A stretch of 63,398 nt of DNA, counting the filler, from Chrysochromulina tobinii (taxonomy: Eukaryota): the NCBI GenBank assembly GCA_001275005.1. It is 6 parts of 6 records of this genome, joined end to end, with 100 filler letters (N's around TTAATTAATTAA, not from the genome) between each part and the next. Parts side by side here need not be neighbours in the genome. Positions count along the whole stretch, not along the records: positions 30,590 to 41,781 come from JWZX01001168.1; positions 41,882 to 60,104 come from JWZX01001169.1; 4 more parts are not named here. The stretch is one strand, 5' to 3'. This document shows, piece after piece, positions 32,105 to 42,879 of this stretch. Both the position numbers and the translations under genes were made by a program. Each line of letters starts with the position of its first letter. Position 1 is the first letter of the stretch. Below the pieces are notes generated by a model that saw nothing but the letters and a program-made list of their open reading frames with translations, did not search any database and was not told where the DNA came from.

Positions 32105-33457
32105 TCAGAGGTTGCAAATCGCGAAGTCGACGAAGTTAAGTCCGACGAACAGCGCGATGGCTTTGAGTGCGTTCATCATACGGCGGCGCCTCGTGGACTG
32201 CCGATCGTTATACGCGAAGAGCGCTCCGGTCAGCGCGAGGTGCATGGTACTGTCGCTGCGCAGCGCCGCATACAGTGCGCCATACCGTCCGTCGCCCGCG
32301 GCGATGACCGCGAGCGGCGCACCGCCGGCCGCGGCCGTAGCTGCCTTGGCTTCCCTGTCCCAGCGCCGTCCGAGGATGAGCCAACCGAGGCGCTCGAGAC
32401 GGCTCTTGCGGCAGAGCTCCTCCAAGAGCACCTCGGCTGCGCTGGGCTGGAGATTGCGCAGCCAGCGCAGCCGACGGAAGCGTGCGCGCAGCCCGCCGCC
32501 CACAGGTGGTGGCGGCTCACTCGTCGGCGCCGCTAGCTGGAGTGCCGCGAGTCGCTGACGCTCGGGCTGGTCGAGCATTTCTGTTTGGGCGAGCAACGTC
32601 CTCAGCAGCGGCTCCGCGGCGTGCATCGTGCTTCGTGCTGCCGCTCGCACCTCGTCGGCCGTCGGGGCTGCGACCTTAGCCTCCACGGCCACACGGCCAC
32701 CCACTTGGCTTTGGGCGAGCGACACTCGGAAGCGCACACGCTCCCATGGATTCGGATCGCTCAGGGCGAACGCGGCATCGACAGCCAGCGGCAGGGGCAC
32801 TGTGAGAGCGTCGTTCGGTGATGTCGGCTCGGCGGTGCCGGCACTCGGGGCCGGCTGTGCCAGCGCTGTCCACAACGATGGCAAGCCGTCGATCGCTGCG
32901 GCCATGCGCATGCTCGCGAGCGTATGCTGCTGCACCTCGGTCAGCACATCTGGTGTCAGCTCAGGAAGCTCACTGGGCGGCAGCGGCGGTGGCGTTGTCA
33001 GAGCGTTGGGAGATGCGCCGTCGTTGGGAGGCGAAGGTGAGTGGGGCGCCGCAGCCCCCACGCTGCTGCTGCCACCATCAGATGCCTCGAGCTGCAGAAT
33101 GAAGGGCCCAGCAGTTTGCAAGTCTAAGAGGCGCATGCGGACGCCGTCAACAGCCTGGCGCAGGTGCTCCTGCGAACGAAACGATCCGCCCGGTGCGTGC
33201 GCGGCGAAAATGGAGCGCGTGATCTCTTGCGGTGCCGCCATGGCACCCGCGGGGAGGAGCTCCATCGAGCTGAGGAAGCCTCGCAGGCGGCGGCGGCGAG
33301 CCTTTGCACGGTTCTCCTCAAACTCGGTCTCGAAGGCGCCGCCCCAGAAAGCGCGGCTGCTCGTGGACAGCACCGGCTTTGGGCCACACATTCTGCCAAC
33401 GCCACTTGCACGGGCCGCGGACGCGCGGAGTCCGATGCGATTACGTGCCACGAACAT
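32105..33457 (-). CDS. Hypothetical protein with C-terminal hydrophobic segments
   Basis: 450-aa ORF with an Arg/Ala-rich targeting-like N-terminus and C-terminal TM-like stretches. Confidence 0.6.
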   Translation of the reverse strand: MFVARNRIGLRASAARASGVGRMCGPKPVLSTSSRAFWGGAFETEFEENRAKARRRRLRGFLSSMELLPAGAMAAPQEITRSIFAAHAPGGSFRSQEHLRQAVDGVRMRLLDLQTAGPFILQLEASDGGSSSVGAAAPHSPSPPNDGASPNALTTPPPLPPSELPELTPDVLTEVQQHTLASMRMAAAIDGLPSLWTALAQPAPSAGTAEPTSPNDALTVPLPLAVDAAFALSDPNPWERVRFRVSLAQSQVGGRVAVEAKVAAPTADEVRAAARSTMHAAEPLLRTLLAQTEMLDQPERQRLAALQLAAPTSEPPPPVGGGLRARFRRLRWLRNLQPSAAEVLLEELCRKSRLERLGWLILGRRWDREAKAATAAAGGAPLAVIAAGDGRYGALYAALRSDSTMHLALTGALFAYNDRQSTRRRRMMNALKAIALFVGLNFVDFAICNL

Positions 33458-33637
33458 CTCGAAATTGATTCGACTCCATGTCTCGTCTGCGCCACGTCAC
33501 TGAGCCAGTGCGACTAACACGTCGCCGTGGACAATGTTCGTCTGGGTCGCAAACACAACTTTATTGAAACTAGCAGCGCGTACCATGTCAACATCACTCG
33601 CGCAATCATCTGAGTTCGTCAATTTCGATAGCTCGAG

Positions 33638-34471
33638 ATGTCGCACGTGCTGCTGTCTTTCCTCTTCCTCTGCACGAGCTCAAATGCGCTCTTGCTGCAA
33701 CCGCGGTTAGCGCCGCGGGCGCCTGCGCCGCACTGCTCTATCGCCATTTTCGGAGCGTCGGGCGGCACTGGCTCAGAGGCGGTGCTACAGGCTCTCGAGA
33801 GAGGGGAGGATGTAACGTGCCTTGTGCGCGACCCTGCGAAGCTCAAAAGCCCGCGCACTTCCAGTACGTTCAAAGAGGGCGAGCCATTTGGCACCAGCAA
33901 GCTCACAGTGAAGCAAGGCTCGGTGACTAACAAGGCGGACGTCGATGCCGTGTTCGCCTCGGGCAAGGTCTCTGGAGTGGTCGTTGCGCTCGGTGGCAAG
34001 ACCAAGGATGTCGGCCCCACGATGCTGCAGGACGGCACCGCCAACATTGTCGCTGCCATGAAAAAAAATCGCGTCAAACGTATCTCGGTGGTAACGACCA
34101 TTGGCGCGGGAGACAGCATGGATCAAGCACCATGGGCGTTTCGGCTGCTGATGATGACCGTGATGAGCTCGATCATGGCCGACAAGAACAAGCAGGAGGA
34201 GGTGGTGTCGACGGCCGGATCCGATCTGGAATACTGCCTCGTGAGACCCGGCGGGTTGAAGACCGGGCCGCCCACGGGCATCGTGACGGCTGGCAAGGAC
34301 CAAGATGCGGGTGCTATCACGCGTGCCGACGTCGCGGCGTTCTGCCTAGACGCGGTGCTCGAGCCCGACTTCAAGTTCGTCCGGCAGGCGGTCTCCATTT
34401 CGAGCAACATGGGGTCGGGTTTCGACTCCGTCCTCGCGGACAAGACCAAGTCGCGCATGGCAAAGAAGTAA
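33638..34471 (+). CDS. NAD(P)-binding flavin reductase/BLVRB-like protein, probably plastid-targeted
   Basis: IAIFGASGGTGS, CLVRDPAKL, VRPGGL, ITRADVA; N-terminal signal peptide plus transit-like LLLQPRLAPRAPAP. Confidence 0.9.
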   Translation: MSHVLLSFLFLCTSSNALLLQPRLAPRAPAPHCSIAIFGASGGTGSEAVLQALERGEDVTCLVRDPAKLKSPRTSSTFKEGEPFGTSKLTVKQGSVTNKADVDAVFASGKVSGVVVALGGKTKDVGPTMLQDGTANIVAAMKKNRVKRISVVTTIGAGDSMDQAPWAFRLLMMTVMSSIMADKNKQEEVVSTAGSDLEYCLVRPGGLKTGPPTGIVTAGKDQDAGAITRADVAAFCLDAVLEPDFKFVRQAVSISSNMGSGFDSVLADKTKSRMAKK

Positions 34472-34724
34472 GCGATTCCCACGGGAACCAGTTGGGCGCT
34501 CCAGGCCGTGATCCACGGGGCGAACGGGGGTTACACGGGTACAGTGGTCCGTGCGGCAGTGCTCGCGCCTGCGTGTGCGGACATGATGTCTCAACATGTC
34601 ATTCGATGCTTAGGAATCAGGGTGTCACACGCTAAAAAGGCGTCGTTTGGGGCACATTTTCCTCTCAGACCAGTCTCTGCAGCCTGGCGATTTTGCGTCG
34701 AAAGATCGTCGACGATTCATCGTC

Positions 34725-35968
34725 ATGCCGGACATCTTTGGAGCCGTCTCGGGGGAACCCATCGAACGTTACACGTTGCAGCACAGCGAGTCCTCCTTGC
34801 GCGTGCAAGTTATCACGCTTGGAGCCACCATAACCTCGGTGCTCGCGCCAGATGCAAGCGGCAACCTCGGGGAGGTGAGCCTTGGATTCGACGATGCAGC
34901 ACCCTACAGCGATGGCACCAGTCCATACTTCGGCTGTGTGGCTGGTCGCGTAGCCAATCGCATCGCCAAGGGTTCCTTCTCCATCGACGGCAAGACTTAC
35001 AGCCTCGCAACAAACAACGGGCCAAACCATCTTCATGGAGGCAAGGTCGGCTATGACAAACGCAACTGGAGTGTCACCGCTGCCACTGCGACGTCGATCA
35101 CTCTAGAACTCGAGTCCAAAGACGGGGACGAGGGATATCCTGGCAACCTGCATGCAATCGTCACCTACTCTCTCCCGACGCCTACGTCTCTTCGCATGGA
35201 GTACGCCGCCACGTCCGACGCCACGACACCGTGTAACCTCACCAATCACACTTACTGGAATCTCAAGGTTCGCTTCGCTTGTTGGAAAGCACCGCCCTTT
35301 CCTGCATCGCCTCGTCCGCGCATCACAAACCCCGCTTACATTGTGCCGCGGGACGAATCTCAGGACGGCGGCGCCTCGACCATCTTTGAGCACGAGATCG
35401 AGCTTGCGGCGGACTTCTATACTCCTGTGGATGATACCTCGATCCCCACCGGCGAGATCCGTGCCGTGAGCGGTGCAATGGACTTACGCGGAAAGGCCAC
35501 CATTGCGGATCACGGCCTGGCCCAGGCCGATCAGGGTATGGGCTACGACCACAACTGGTGCCTTCGCCCAACGGTGGGCACCGATGGGCTGCGCCTCGTG
35601 GCAACGGTGCACGAACCCACGAGTGGGCGAGTCATGGTGGTGCGCACGACGGAGCCAGGTGCACTCGTTGATCAGCTGCTTCACAGCCACTCCGCGCCGA
35701 CTTGATACCCGCACGTCTTGACCCGCTACGTTTCCTGCCGCGTGCAGGCGTGCAGTTTTACACGGGCAACTACCTCGATGGAATCGCTGGCCGTAGCGGC
35801 TCCGTGATCTACGGGAAGCATCATGGTTTCTGCCTCGAGACGCAGCACTTTCCGGATTCGGTCAACCGCGCACACTTCCCTCCTGTGTGGCTCGTGCCTG
35901 GTCAGCAGTACAGGCACGTCACCGAGCATACATTTGGGTGCTCAAAGACATCTACTGACGTGATGTGA
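34725..35968 (+). CDS. GALM: Aldose 1-epimerase (galactose mutarotase); introns 35268-35363 and 35659-35747
   Basis: YFGCVAGRVANRI, NNGPNHLHGG, DEGYPG, NLTNHTYWNL, GYDHNW, PGVQFYTGN, GFCLETQHFPD. Confidence 0.95.
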
Positions 35969-36497
35969 GGTGATGTGAGGGGAGCCGCTGGAGCTGCGAT
36001 ATCACGCTTGAAGTTGGAGGTTTCAGTGCTTGATTGGAGGTTCCTGTTCACGACGGAGAGCATTCCACACTGGAGGCGAGTGTATGCACGCCCCACGCAG
36101 GATGCTGATCCTTGAGACTAAAGTCTCGCTCGGCATTGTGCGGAGTGCACGCGATTTGCCCGATTTCCCGGGCTTGGCCGCGGTCGTGCCGTGGCCCCTG
36201 GTTTGCTGGGTCGCGGGGGACGGATCGTTATTCGTATGCGGATATGCCATATGGAGTGGTCTGTGATGAGGCTCAAATTTGAAGAGGCTCGCGCGTGAAT
36301 TCGGAGTGCGTGACACAGAGGAGACACAGCGCCGCGCAGCGCTCTTGGACGTTCGGGGCAGGGTTGGGTGCAGTGCGATTGTGCGCGGGGAGGCCACGCA
36401 CGCGTGTGTGCACTGATATTTGAAGGTTGGAATCCTAGTATTCATACAGAACCCTTGTAGTCTCTTCGAGGACCGTGACAAAAACCCGAGCTGAAAA

Positions 36498-39452
36498 ATG
36501 GCGCCGCTAATCGTCATCCCACTGAAGAGACCCAAGGAAGCCGACCTCGGTATTGCGCTGCTGCGGGAGCTCCAGGATCGCTGTGCAGCTAAGCGCATTC
36601 CCTTACCAGCAGGGGCTCGGGAGTTTGTCCAGCAACTGCAACAGAAGCGCAACCTACTGGTGGCCATCGACAAGCTCACGCAGTACACGGCTGATGACGT
36701 CACGAACTCGTTCCTGCAGTACGAGGCCAGCGTGAGATTCATCGAAAGCCGTTTTGACAAGTCTGGTGCGGAGCTGCAGGTGCTCTTTAAGTGGCGCGAC
36801 GCCTTCCAGCCAAGCAAGAAGTGCGAGTATGCTGATCTCAAGTGGGAGCGAGCATGCGCCTACTTTTCAGCGGCGGCGGCGCTGTCGTTCAAGGCTGCAG
36901 CGGCGCAGCAACGCGGTGCTGAGCAGGGCGGCTTCCGCGACGCGGCCAACTTCTTCAAGCAGGCGGCTGGCTGCCTCGACGCGGCGTTCAGTCTGATCAA
37001 GGGCGCAATCTGGGGCCTCACACCGCGCTTGGATCCCAAGCTGCTCACCGCCGACGTGGAGCTACCAATGCTGGAGGCGCTGCGTCAGCTCATGCTGGCC
37101 CAGGCGCAGCGGGTCTTTTACGAAAAAGGTGCGCCATCCTCTCGACCCTGCACTGACCCGGTTTTTCTATTCTCCCTGTCCCCCTTTTCCTCCCTGTCCA
37201 TCTCTCTCTATTCCTCTCTCTCCCTGCGTCTAACCCGTCGCTTCCGGCCCCTGTCAACTGCCGCACGCGTGCCCACAGCCTGCTCGGAAGGCAGCAGCCC
37301 GACGATCAAAAGCCAGCTGAGCGCGGGAACGGCTTCGCTTTTCGCGGACGTGCTCAAACGGTTCGAGGCGAATAAACAAATGGAGGAGGCCGTGGCAGGC
37401 GAGGCAGGGTTGTTTAGCAAGCCCGACCGCTCGTGGCTAGGCCGCATCGAGTGCTCCAAGCTGTGGGCGGAGGCTCTCGCTGAGGAGCACGCGGCTGAGG
37501 TCGAGAAGAATAAGGAGCCGGTGCCCGAGTACGGCAACCAGGTGGCTCGGCTTTGGCGCGCGGTCACTTGCGGCCGGGCAGCGGTTGACAAGGCGCGCAG
37601 TTCGGGCGTGCCCGCGCCCGAGTTCAAGGCAATCGAGGACGGGCTCGTGCGCTTGCTGCTGGTGTACACGACCGCCGAGAAGGAGTGTCGCGATATTTAC
37701 GAGGAGCCAGTGCCCACAAGCATGCCCCCGTTGGAGCGTAAGGTGCTAGTGGCCCCCACCGACCCTCCCGAAGTGCCCCTCCTGGGTGGGAGCGACGCGC
37801 TTCGTGGCATGCTCGTGCCGCGCGCGGTCGAGCGATTGGTTGCGCAGCACCACACGAAGGTTCAGGAGCTGCTGCGGGAGGCGTCGACGCGCGTGAGTAC
37901 CGACGCGGAGGACGCGAGTCGCAAACTTTCGGCGCTGCAGCTACCGCACGAGCTTGACGCCCGCACGAACGCGGACATGCACCTGCCGCCCGAAGTGCTC
38001 AAAAAGGTGAACGAGGCTAAGCAGCTCGGCAGCGCCGAGACGCTGCAACAGCTGCGCATGCAGTGCGAGCAGGCAGAGGAGAAAGCCGAGCTGCCAGCGG
38101 TGTTTGCGCAGTCCATCCTGGACAGGGAGGAGGAAGAGGACAAAAAGTTTGTGGCCGAACAGAGCTCGCTCCCGAACCCGGAGGGAAAACTAGCGAGCCT
38201 CAAGACGTCCGAGGATCTCACGATGTGCCGCTCAAAGCTGTCCGATAGGAAGAGCCAGTTTGACAAGGCCAAGGAGGTGACCAAAGGGCTGTGCAAGCGC
38301 ATGGACGAGGAGTTGGACTCACTCATGTTGATCACGAAGAGCATCGCCGAGATCGAGGCCGAGATGCCGCACCTGGACGGCACGACCCTCGAGCAGGAGC
38401 CGTGCGTCGGCGAGTTGCGCAGCTTGATCCAGCAGCTCGAGCAGCTCAAGATCGACTCATCCGCCACGCTGGGTGCCGCCAAAGCGCAGGCGGACGCGCA
38501 GGAGCGCGATCTGTCGCTTTGTGAACGCGTGCTCGATTGCGCCGAGGGCGAGAGTAGGCATCAACTGCTTGACGAGTGCATGCAGCCCCTGAACGAGGTG
38601 CGGAGGAGCCTCTTCGCAATCAATAATCGGCGTGCCGGGCTACTGTGCCACGTGGAGACGGAGCACAAAAAGTTCCGCGAGGCCAGCGTTGCCGAGGCGA
38701 GCTACCCCGAGCGCGTCACGTATTTCGAACGGCTCAACAAGGGCGCCGAGCAGTTGCGTTACCTGCACGAAGGGTTCACTGAGGGCCTCGGCTTCTACCA
38801 GAAAGTCGTCCAGCAGTTCGAGGGGTTTCGTAGCGAGGCGCAACAAATCTCGGATGCCCGTAAGGTCGAGCGCATTCAGATCATCAGGCCGGTGGCCCCC
38901 CCACCGCCGCCGACGCAGGTGGTACCGCAGCGTGCGACGCCGTGCCCAGCGCCTACTCAACCGTACAGTGCACCGCAACAAGCTCAGCCGTACGGTGCGC
39001 CGCAGCAAGCGTACACCGCGCCGCAGCAAGCGCAGCCATACGGCGGCGTCCAGCACGCGCAGCCGTACGGTGCCCCGCAGCAGGCGCAGCACGGCGCACC
39101 ACAGCGTGCGACGCCATACGGCGGCGTCCAGCACGCGCAGCCGTACGGTGCGCCGCAGCAGGCGCAGCACGGCGCGCCACAGCGTGCGCAGCCATACGGC
39201 GGCGTCCAGCACGCGCAGCCGTACGGTGCGCCGCAGCAGGCGCAGCACGGTGCACCACAGCGTGCGCAGCCATATGGCGGCGTCCAGCACGCGCAGCCGT
39301 ACGGTGCGCCGCAGCAAGCGCAGCAGCCGGCTCGCCCTACTCCCAAGATGGCGTGCTACAATTGCAAACAACAATTTGGTGTGCCGCCGAATGCCCCTAT
39401 TGCTGCGTGCCCCTTTTGCAAGACGCACAACCGAGTGCCCCCCGGCCTTTGA
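36498..39452 (+). CDS. BRO1/ALIX-like ESCRT adaptor (Bro1 + V domain + Pro/Gln-rich tail + C-terminal Zn ribbon); in-frame intron 37129-37278
   Basis: FKWRDAF...LKWERAC, FKQAAGC, LMLAQAQ, EKECRDIYEEPVP, FTEGLGFY; pyrimidine-rich GT-AG intron. Confidence 0.88.
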   Translation: MAPLIVIPLKRPKEADLGIALLRELQDRCAAKRIPLPAGAREFVQQLQQKRNLLVAIDKLTQYTADDVTNSFLQYEASVRFIESRFDKSGAELQVLFKWRDAFQPSKKCEYADLKWERACAYFSAAAALSFKAAAAQQRGAEQGGFRDAANFFKQAAGCLDAAFSLIKGAIWGLTPRLDPKLLTADVELPMLEALRQLMLAQAQRVFYEKGAPSSRPCTDPVFLFSLSPFSSLSISLYSSLSLRLTRRFRPLSTAARVPTACSEGSSPTIKSQLSAGTASLFADVLKRFEANKQMEEAVAGEAGLFSKPDRSWLGRIECSKLWAEALAEEHAAEVEKNKEPVPEYGNQVARLWRAVTCGRAAVDKARSSGVPAPEFKAIEDGLVRLLLVYTTAEKECRDIYEEPVPTSMPPLERKVLVAPTDPPEVPLLGGSDALRGMLVPRAVERLVAQHHTKVQELLREASTRVSTDAEDASRKLSALQLPHELDARTNADMHLPPEVLKKVNEAKQLGSAETLQQLRMQCEQAEEKAELPAVFAQSILDREEEEDKKFVAEQSSLPNPEGKLASLKTSEDLTMCRSKLSDRKSQFDKAKEVTKGLCKRMDEELDSLMLITKSIAEIEAEMPHLDGTTLEQEPCVGELRSLIQQLEQLKIDSSATLGAAKAQADAQERDLSLCERVLDCAEGESRHQLLDECMQPLNEVRRSLFAINNRRAGLLCHVETEHKKFREASVAEASYPERVTYFERLNKGAEQLRYLHEGFTEGLGFYQKVVQQFEGFRSEAQQISDARKVERIQIIRPVAPPPPPTQVVPQRATPCPAPTQPYSAPQQAQPYGAPQQAYTAPQQAQPYGGVQHAQPYGAPQQAQHGAPQRATPYGGVQHAQPYGAPQQAQHGAPQRAQPYGGVQHAQPYGAPQQAQHGAPQRAQPYGGVQHAQPYGAPQQAQQPARPTPKMACYNCKQQFGVPPNAPIAACPFCKTHNRVPPGL
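39030..39325 (+). repeat. 78-bp coding tandem repeat (AQPYGGVQHAQPYGAPQQAQHGAPQR), about 3.8 copies
   Basis: ccatacggcggcgtccagcacgcgcag (one variant base in the last copy) at 39036, 39114, 39192 and 39270. Confidence 0.9.
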
Positions 39453-40006
39453 TGCACTCCAACTAGGGCGATGGGCCGTAGCGAGTGGAGGAAGGAGGCA
39501 GAAGTTCGGAAGCAACCCCGACTGAAGTGCTGTGCAAGCATATTGTATGGGTTTGTATCGAGGTTTGTATGGGCCATCGACAAGGGCGGAGACGACTGAG
39601 TGGAGACTGCCGCTGAGGGCGCTGGATGGTTGAGCAGGTCTGCAAGGTCGTGTGGGTCCCGGGTCGGCGCGTTGAGGCGGGACACGTGCGGGTCGTGCGC
39701 GCGACGCTGCCGGCCGCCCGTATCGCCGCCGTGGAGCGTGGTTCACGCGGGTTTGGTCGGTACGCGTTAAGTGCACACTCGACAGTACACACGTGTGCTA
39801 ACGTCCCGCTCGGCGGTAAGCGGCATTAATATATCGCGCGGTACGCTACGCTATCGTATACTCGTCTATAGAACGCGGGCTCCGGCTCGTTCGGTTGACG
39901 CGCGCCGGCGTACTAACGGAATCCACCGGCGACCGGGTGAAGCCACGTCCGATTCGCATTCGGCCGCGCGTTTCCGCCTGTTCCCGCCTTGGCCTTGCCT
40001 CCGCCT

Positions 40007-40466
40007 CCAAACAGGTGTAGAGGGTTCCGGGCCTGATAAACATGAAACATAGTAGACCTAGAAGTAGACCACTCGACGAGATTTCGACGAGAGACTCGAC
40101 GGTGGACCTCCACTCCCCGCCCCCACCCCCGACGGTCAATCCATTCAATTCCCAAACAGGTGACAACAAGCGAACAAGGTGCCGCGCAGCTCGGGTTGGG
40201 GGCCCGTGATAAACATGAATCATACAGTAGACCCGCTTCCCCGCTCGTGCCGTGTTCGAGCTTTGTTCGAGCAGGGCGGCAGCGACGATAGCGGCCATGT
40301 TAGCGGCCATACCCATACATAGCGGATAGCCGTTATCCGCGACCAGGACCACGTCGACTGTACGACTCAAATTCCCAACCGAGGTCGCGTGTACAGGGTC
40401 TTGATCGGTAGCGCTAGCGGGTTGGGGCCTGTTCTGATAAACATGGAAAATATACTAGACCACTCG
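40007..40466. repeat. Three spaced copies of GGGCC..TGATAAACATG..TAGACC with unique intervening sequence
   Basis: Copies near 40029, 40200 and 40425; each is preceded by ccaa(a/c)..aggt and gggtt. Confidence 0.7.
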
Positions 40467-40519
40467 GGCGACTAGATACAGCTGCTGGTGCCCAGCACAC
40501 TGCCTTGCCTTTGACACAG

Positions 40520-41280
40520 GTGAGGGCATGGACAACCTTCTCGACATCGCCGGCTGCAAGCGCCGCCACCTCAACGAGTATGAGTACGGGCGAGGCTCCC
40601 GGCACAGCTACGAGGAGGCCACTATCACCTGCACCCAGGCAGCGGGCCAGCGCAACGCCAAGGCGCGCCAGCAGGAGCTCTGGAAGGAGCTGAAGCAGCT
40701 CTTGCTGAAAACAGGCGCAGACAGGTTTGCGGCGGTGCAGGCGCGCGTACTCTGGGCAGAGGAGGAGCTGGTGCACATGCGCCCCGGCCATTTCTGGGCG
40801 TGCCAGCTTGGCGACGCTGGGCTATTGCTGGGCGACGCTAGCCGCAGGGGCTCTCCTATCTTGGCAGGGCCATTTGATCGTCGACAGCAATGGCCGCCCC
40901 TTGAGGGCGAGGCGGGCTGGAAGGTGGCCTTTCGTGGCATCAAGGCGCTTCGCTACGATGCGGGCGAGTGTGCCATCCTCCTCCGCTGCTACTACCATCG
41001 CACTGCAGATGACCCAGAGGGCCTCACCTTCCTGCGCCACGCAAAAGTCGGCACCGAGATCCTTGTGATCAACTCATGCGAGCTGCGTGCAGTACAGGGC
41101 CGTCAGAAAAACGACTTCAAGCTGGCCCCACCCCAGCCCCCGCCCGAGAAGCGGCAGCAGGCAGCACGCGCCAAGAAGAATGCAAAGCATCAGGTTGAGC
41201 CGCCATACGACCCCAAGATGCGCTGGCGCCTTGCACGGAATCTCGATGTGAGCACCCGCATCGACTGCATGGATACGTGA
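40520..41280 (+). CDS. Terminal exon of a hypothetical, probably transposon-derived protein (BAH-like C-terminus)
   Basis: Acceptor-like tgccttgcctttgacacag before 40520; HFWACQL...LLRCYYHR...LVINSCELRAV...WRL resembles transposase C-terminal regions (inference). Confidence 0.45.
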
Positions 41281-41491
41281 TTACATGCTGATTACAGTCT
41301 GATTAACGAATTAGCGTTAGTAAAAGTATGATTTGCAGCGCATAAGAAGAAGAATATGCACATAAGAAGAATCGTTGGGATTGTATTGTGTTAGAGTAGA
41401 AGACAAAGCGCCGTTACAGCGCGCGCGCCCGACTAACGTCCTTTATGGGCCCGATCAACATCGGCCCCGTCGGGAAATGGAGCCCTTCCCT

Positions 41492-41781
41492 TCACTCCTC
41501 ATCACCCGCAACCTCGAGCGCGCGCCGCTTCTTCTCCTGCCGCTTGTTCAGCGTCTTCTCGTACGTGACCACTACCTTCAAGTCCGTCGCGCTCAAGGTG
41601 AGGATGTCACTGAGCAGCACCCAGCGCGTGTCCTTGTAGCCATCGTCGTCAGCGTCTTCACCAAAGTCACCGTGCACCAGGTACGCATCCTCGTAGTCGG
41701 CGTCGTCAACGGCGTTTCGGCGTTTCTTCGCTGTCAACTGCCCCGGATCCACGTCGCGCTGGCCGTGGATGGAGTGGATCT
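41492..41781 (-). CDS. C-terminal fragment with a chromodomain-like motif; 5' partial
   Basis: IHSIHGQR...YLVHGDF...DTRWVLLSDI; frame open to the contig edge. Confidence 0.45.
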
Positions 41782-41881
41782 NNNNNNNNNNNNNNNNNNN
41801 NNNNNNNNNNNNNNNNNNNNNNNNNTTAATTAATTAANNNNNNNNNNNNNNNNNNNNNNNNNNNNNNNNNNNNNNNNNNNN
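41782..41881. other. Artificial contig spacer
   Basis: N-run + TTAATTAATTAA + N-run. Confidence 0.98.
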
Positions 41882-42467
41882 GCTGCAGGACCTGCGCTCG
41901 CCTCGACTCGTTGTACGCATTGCGGAGATCAATGCGTACAACGAGGAAGTCGGGGTGGACCTCGAGGAGGAGACGGAGCCCATGGTAGAGTATGGAGATG
42001 CCGCCGCTGACGCCCACCGAGACCTGACGAGGAGCGAGGTGGAGCTCGGCTGCGCGCTCCATGCCGCGAACCAAGTATCCGAGGATCGCACGACGATCCA
42101 CATTACCGATGTTCACCGGGCGAACATCGGGTGAGGCGCGCGGTGGAGCCGGTGGAGCCTGAGCCCCCTCTGGCTGCTCTCCGGCAGGTGCAGCTGCCAT
42201 AGCCTCCGCAGCCGCTACGGCCTCCTCTGGCGAGACAGCTCGAGCACGCAGGACGACCTGCTGGCAAATGACTGCGCCATGGCAAGCATCACGGCAGGCC
42301 TGAGTGCACGCGAGCTGAACGTGAGCGCCGGCAGCCACGAGTGCCACGATGCGACGGATCTCGGTGTCACGACGCGCGATGGCCTCGGGATCGAGACGGG
42401 GCTCCGAGATCTCGAGATCGTGCTCCTCGGCATAGGCTCGTGCGGCATCGATCCCGCCGGGACCAAA
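41882..42467 (-). mobile_element. Non-LTR retrotransposon reverse transcriptase fragment, CRE/SLACS-like
   Basis: DVRPVNIGNVDRR...QVSVGVSGG...HGLR...IDLRNAYNESRR fits the CRE-clade RT pattern RPIxIG..RR / QxGVGxxGG / DxxNAFN. Confidence 0.8.
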
Positions 42468-42468
42468 C

Positions 42469-42510
42469 CCGGTAAAAAGACACCGGTACCGGTAAAAAGA
42501 CACCGGGGGG
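42469..42510 (+). repeat. Two tandem 20-bp copies of CCGGTAAAAAGACACCGG at the 5' break of the RT fragment
   Basis: ccggtaaaaagacaccggta followed by ccggtaaaaagacaccgggggg. Confidence 0.8.
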
Positions 42511-42879
42511 AACCGGTATACATTGTACTACCGTGTAAGCTAAATACCGGGGTTACGTACAACACGAGCAAGCGTGCGTACACAGAGGCGTCAGGACGCG
42601 GACTTACATGTAGGAACCTAAGCGGACCATTCGAGCCCCAGGCCCAGCCACAGGGACGACAGATGATGAGATTTGTAACTGACCAAGCTACCTACAGACG
42701 ACCCAGAGGAGCCGGGACGCATCAAAACACACTGCACAGACACAAGGCACAAACAAGCTAGGCCGCAAGATAGCAAGACCCGTGCATGCATGTGCATGCA
42801 ATAAGACTGTTTCCGACTTTCCGTTGATCTCGTTGGTCACGCACGCGGATACTGTACAACTCGGAGCTCCAGTTTTGCC

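Noticed and set aside
33638..35968. Flavin reductase plus GALM as a metabolic cluster
   Set aside because: No pathway link and different predicted targeting; ordinary neighbours in a compact genome.
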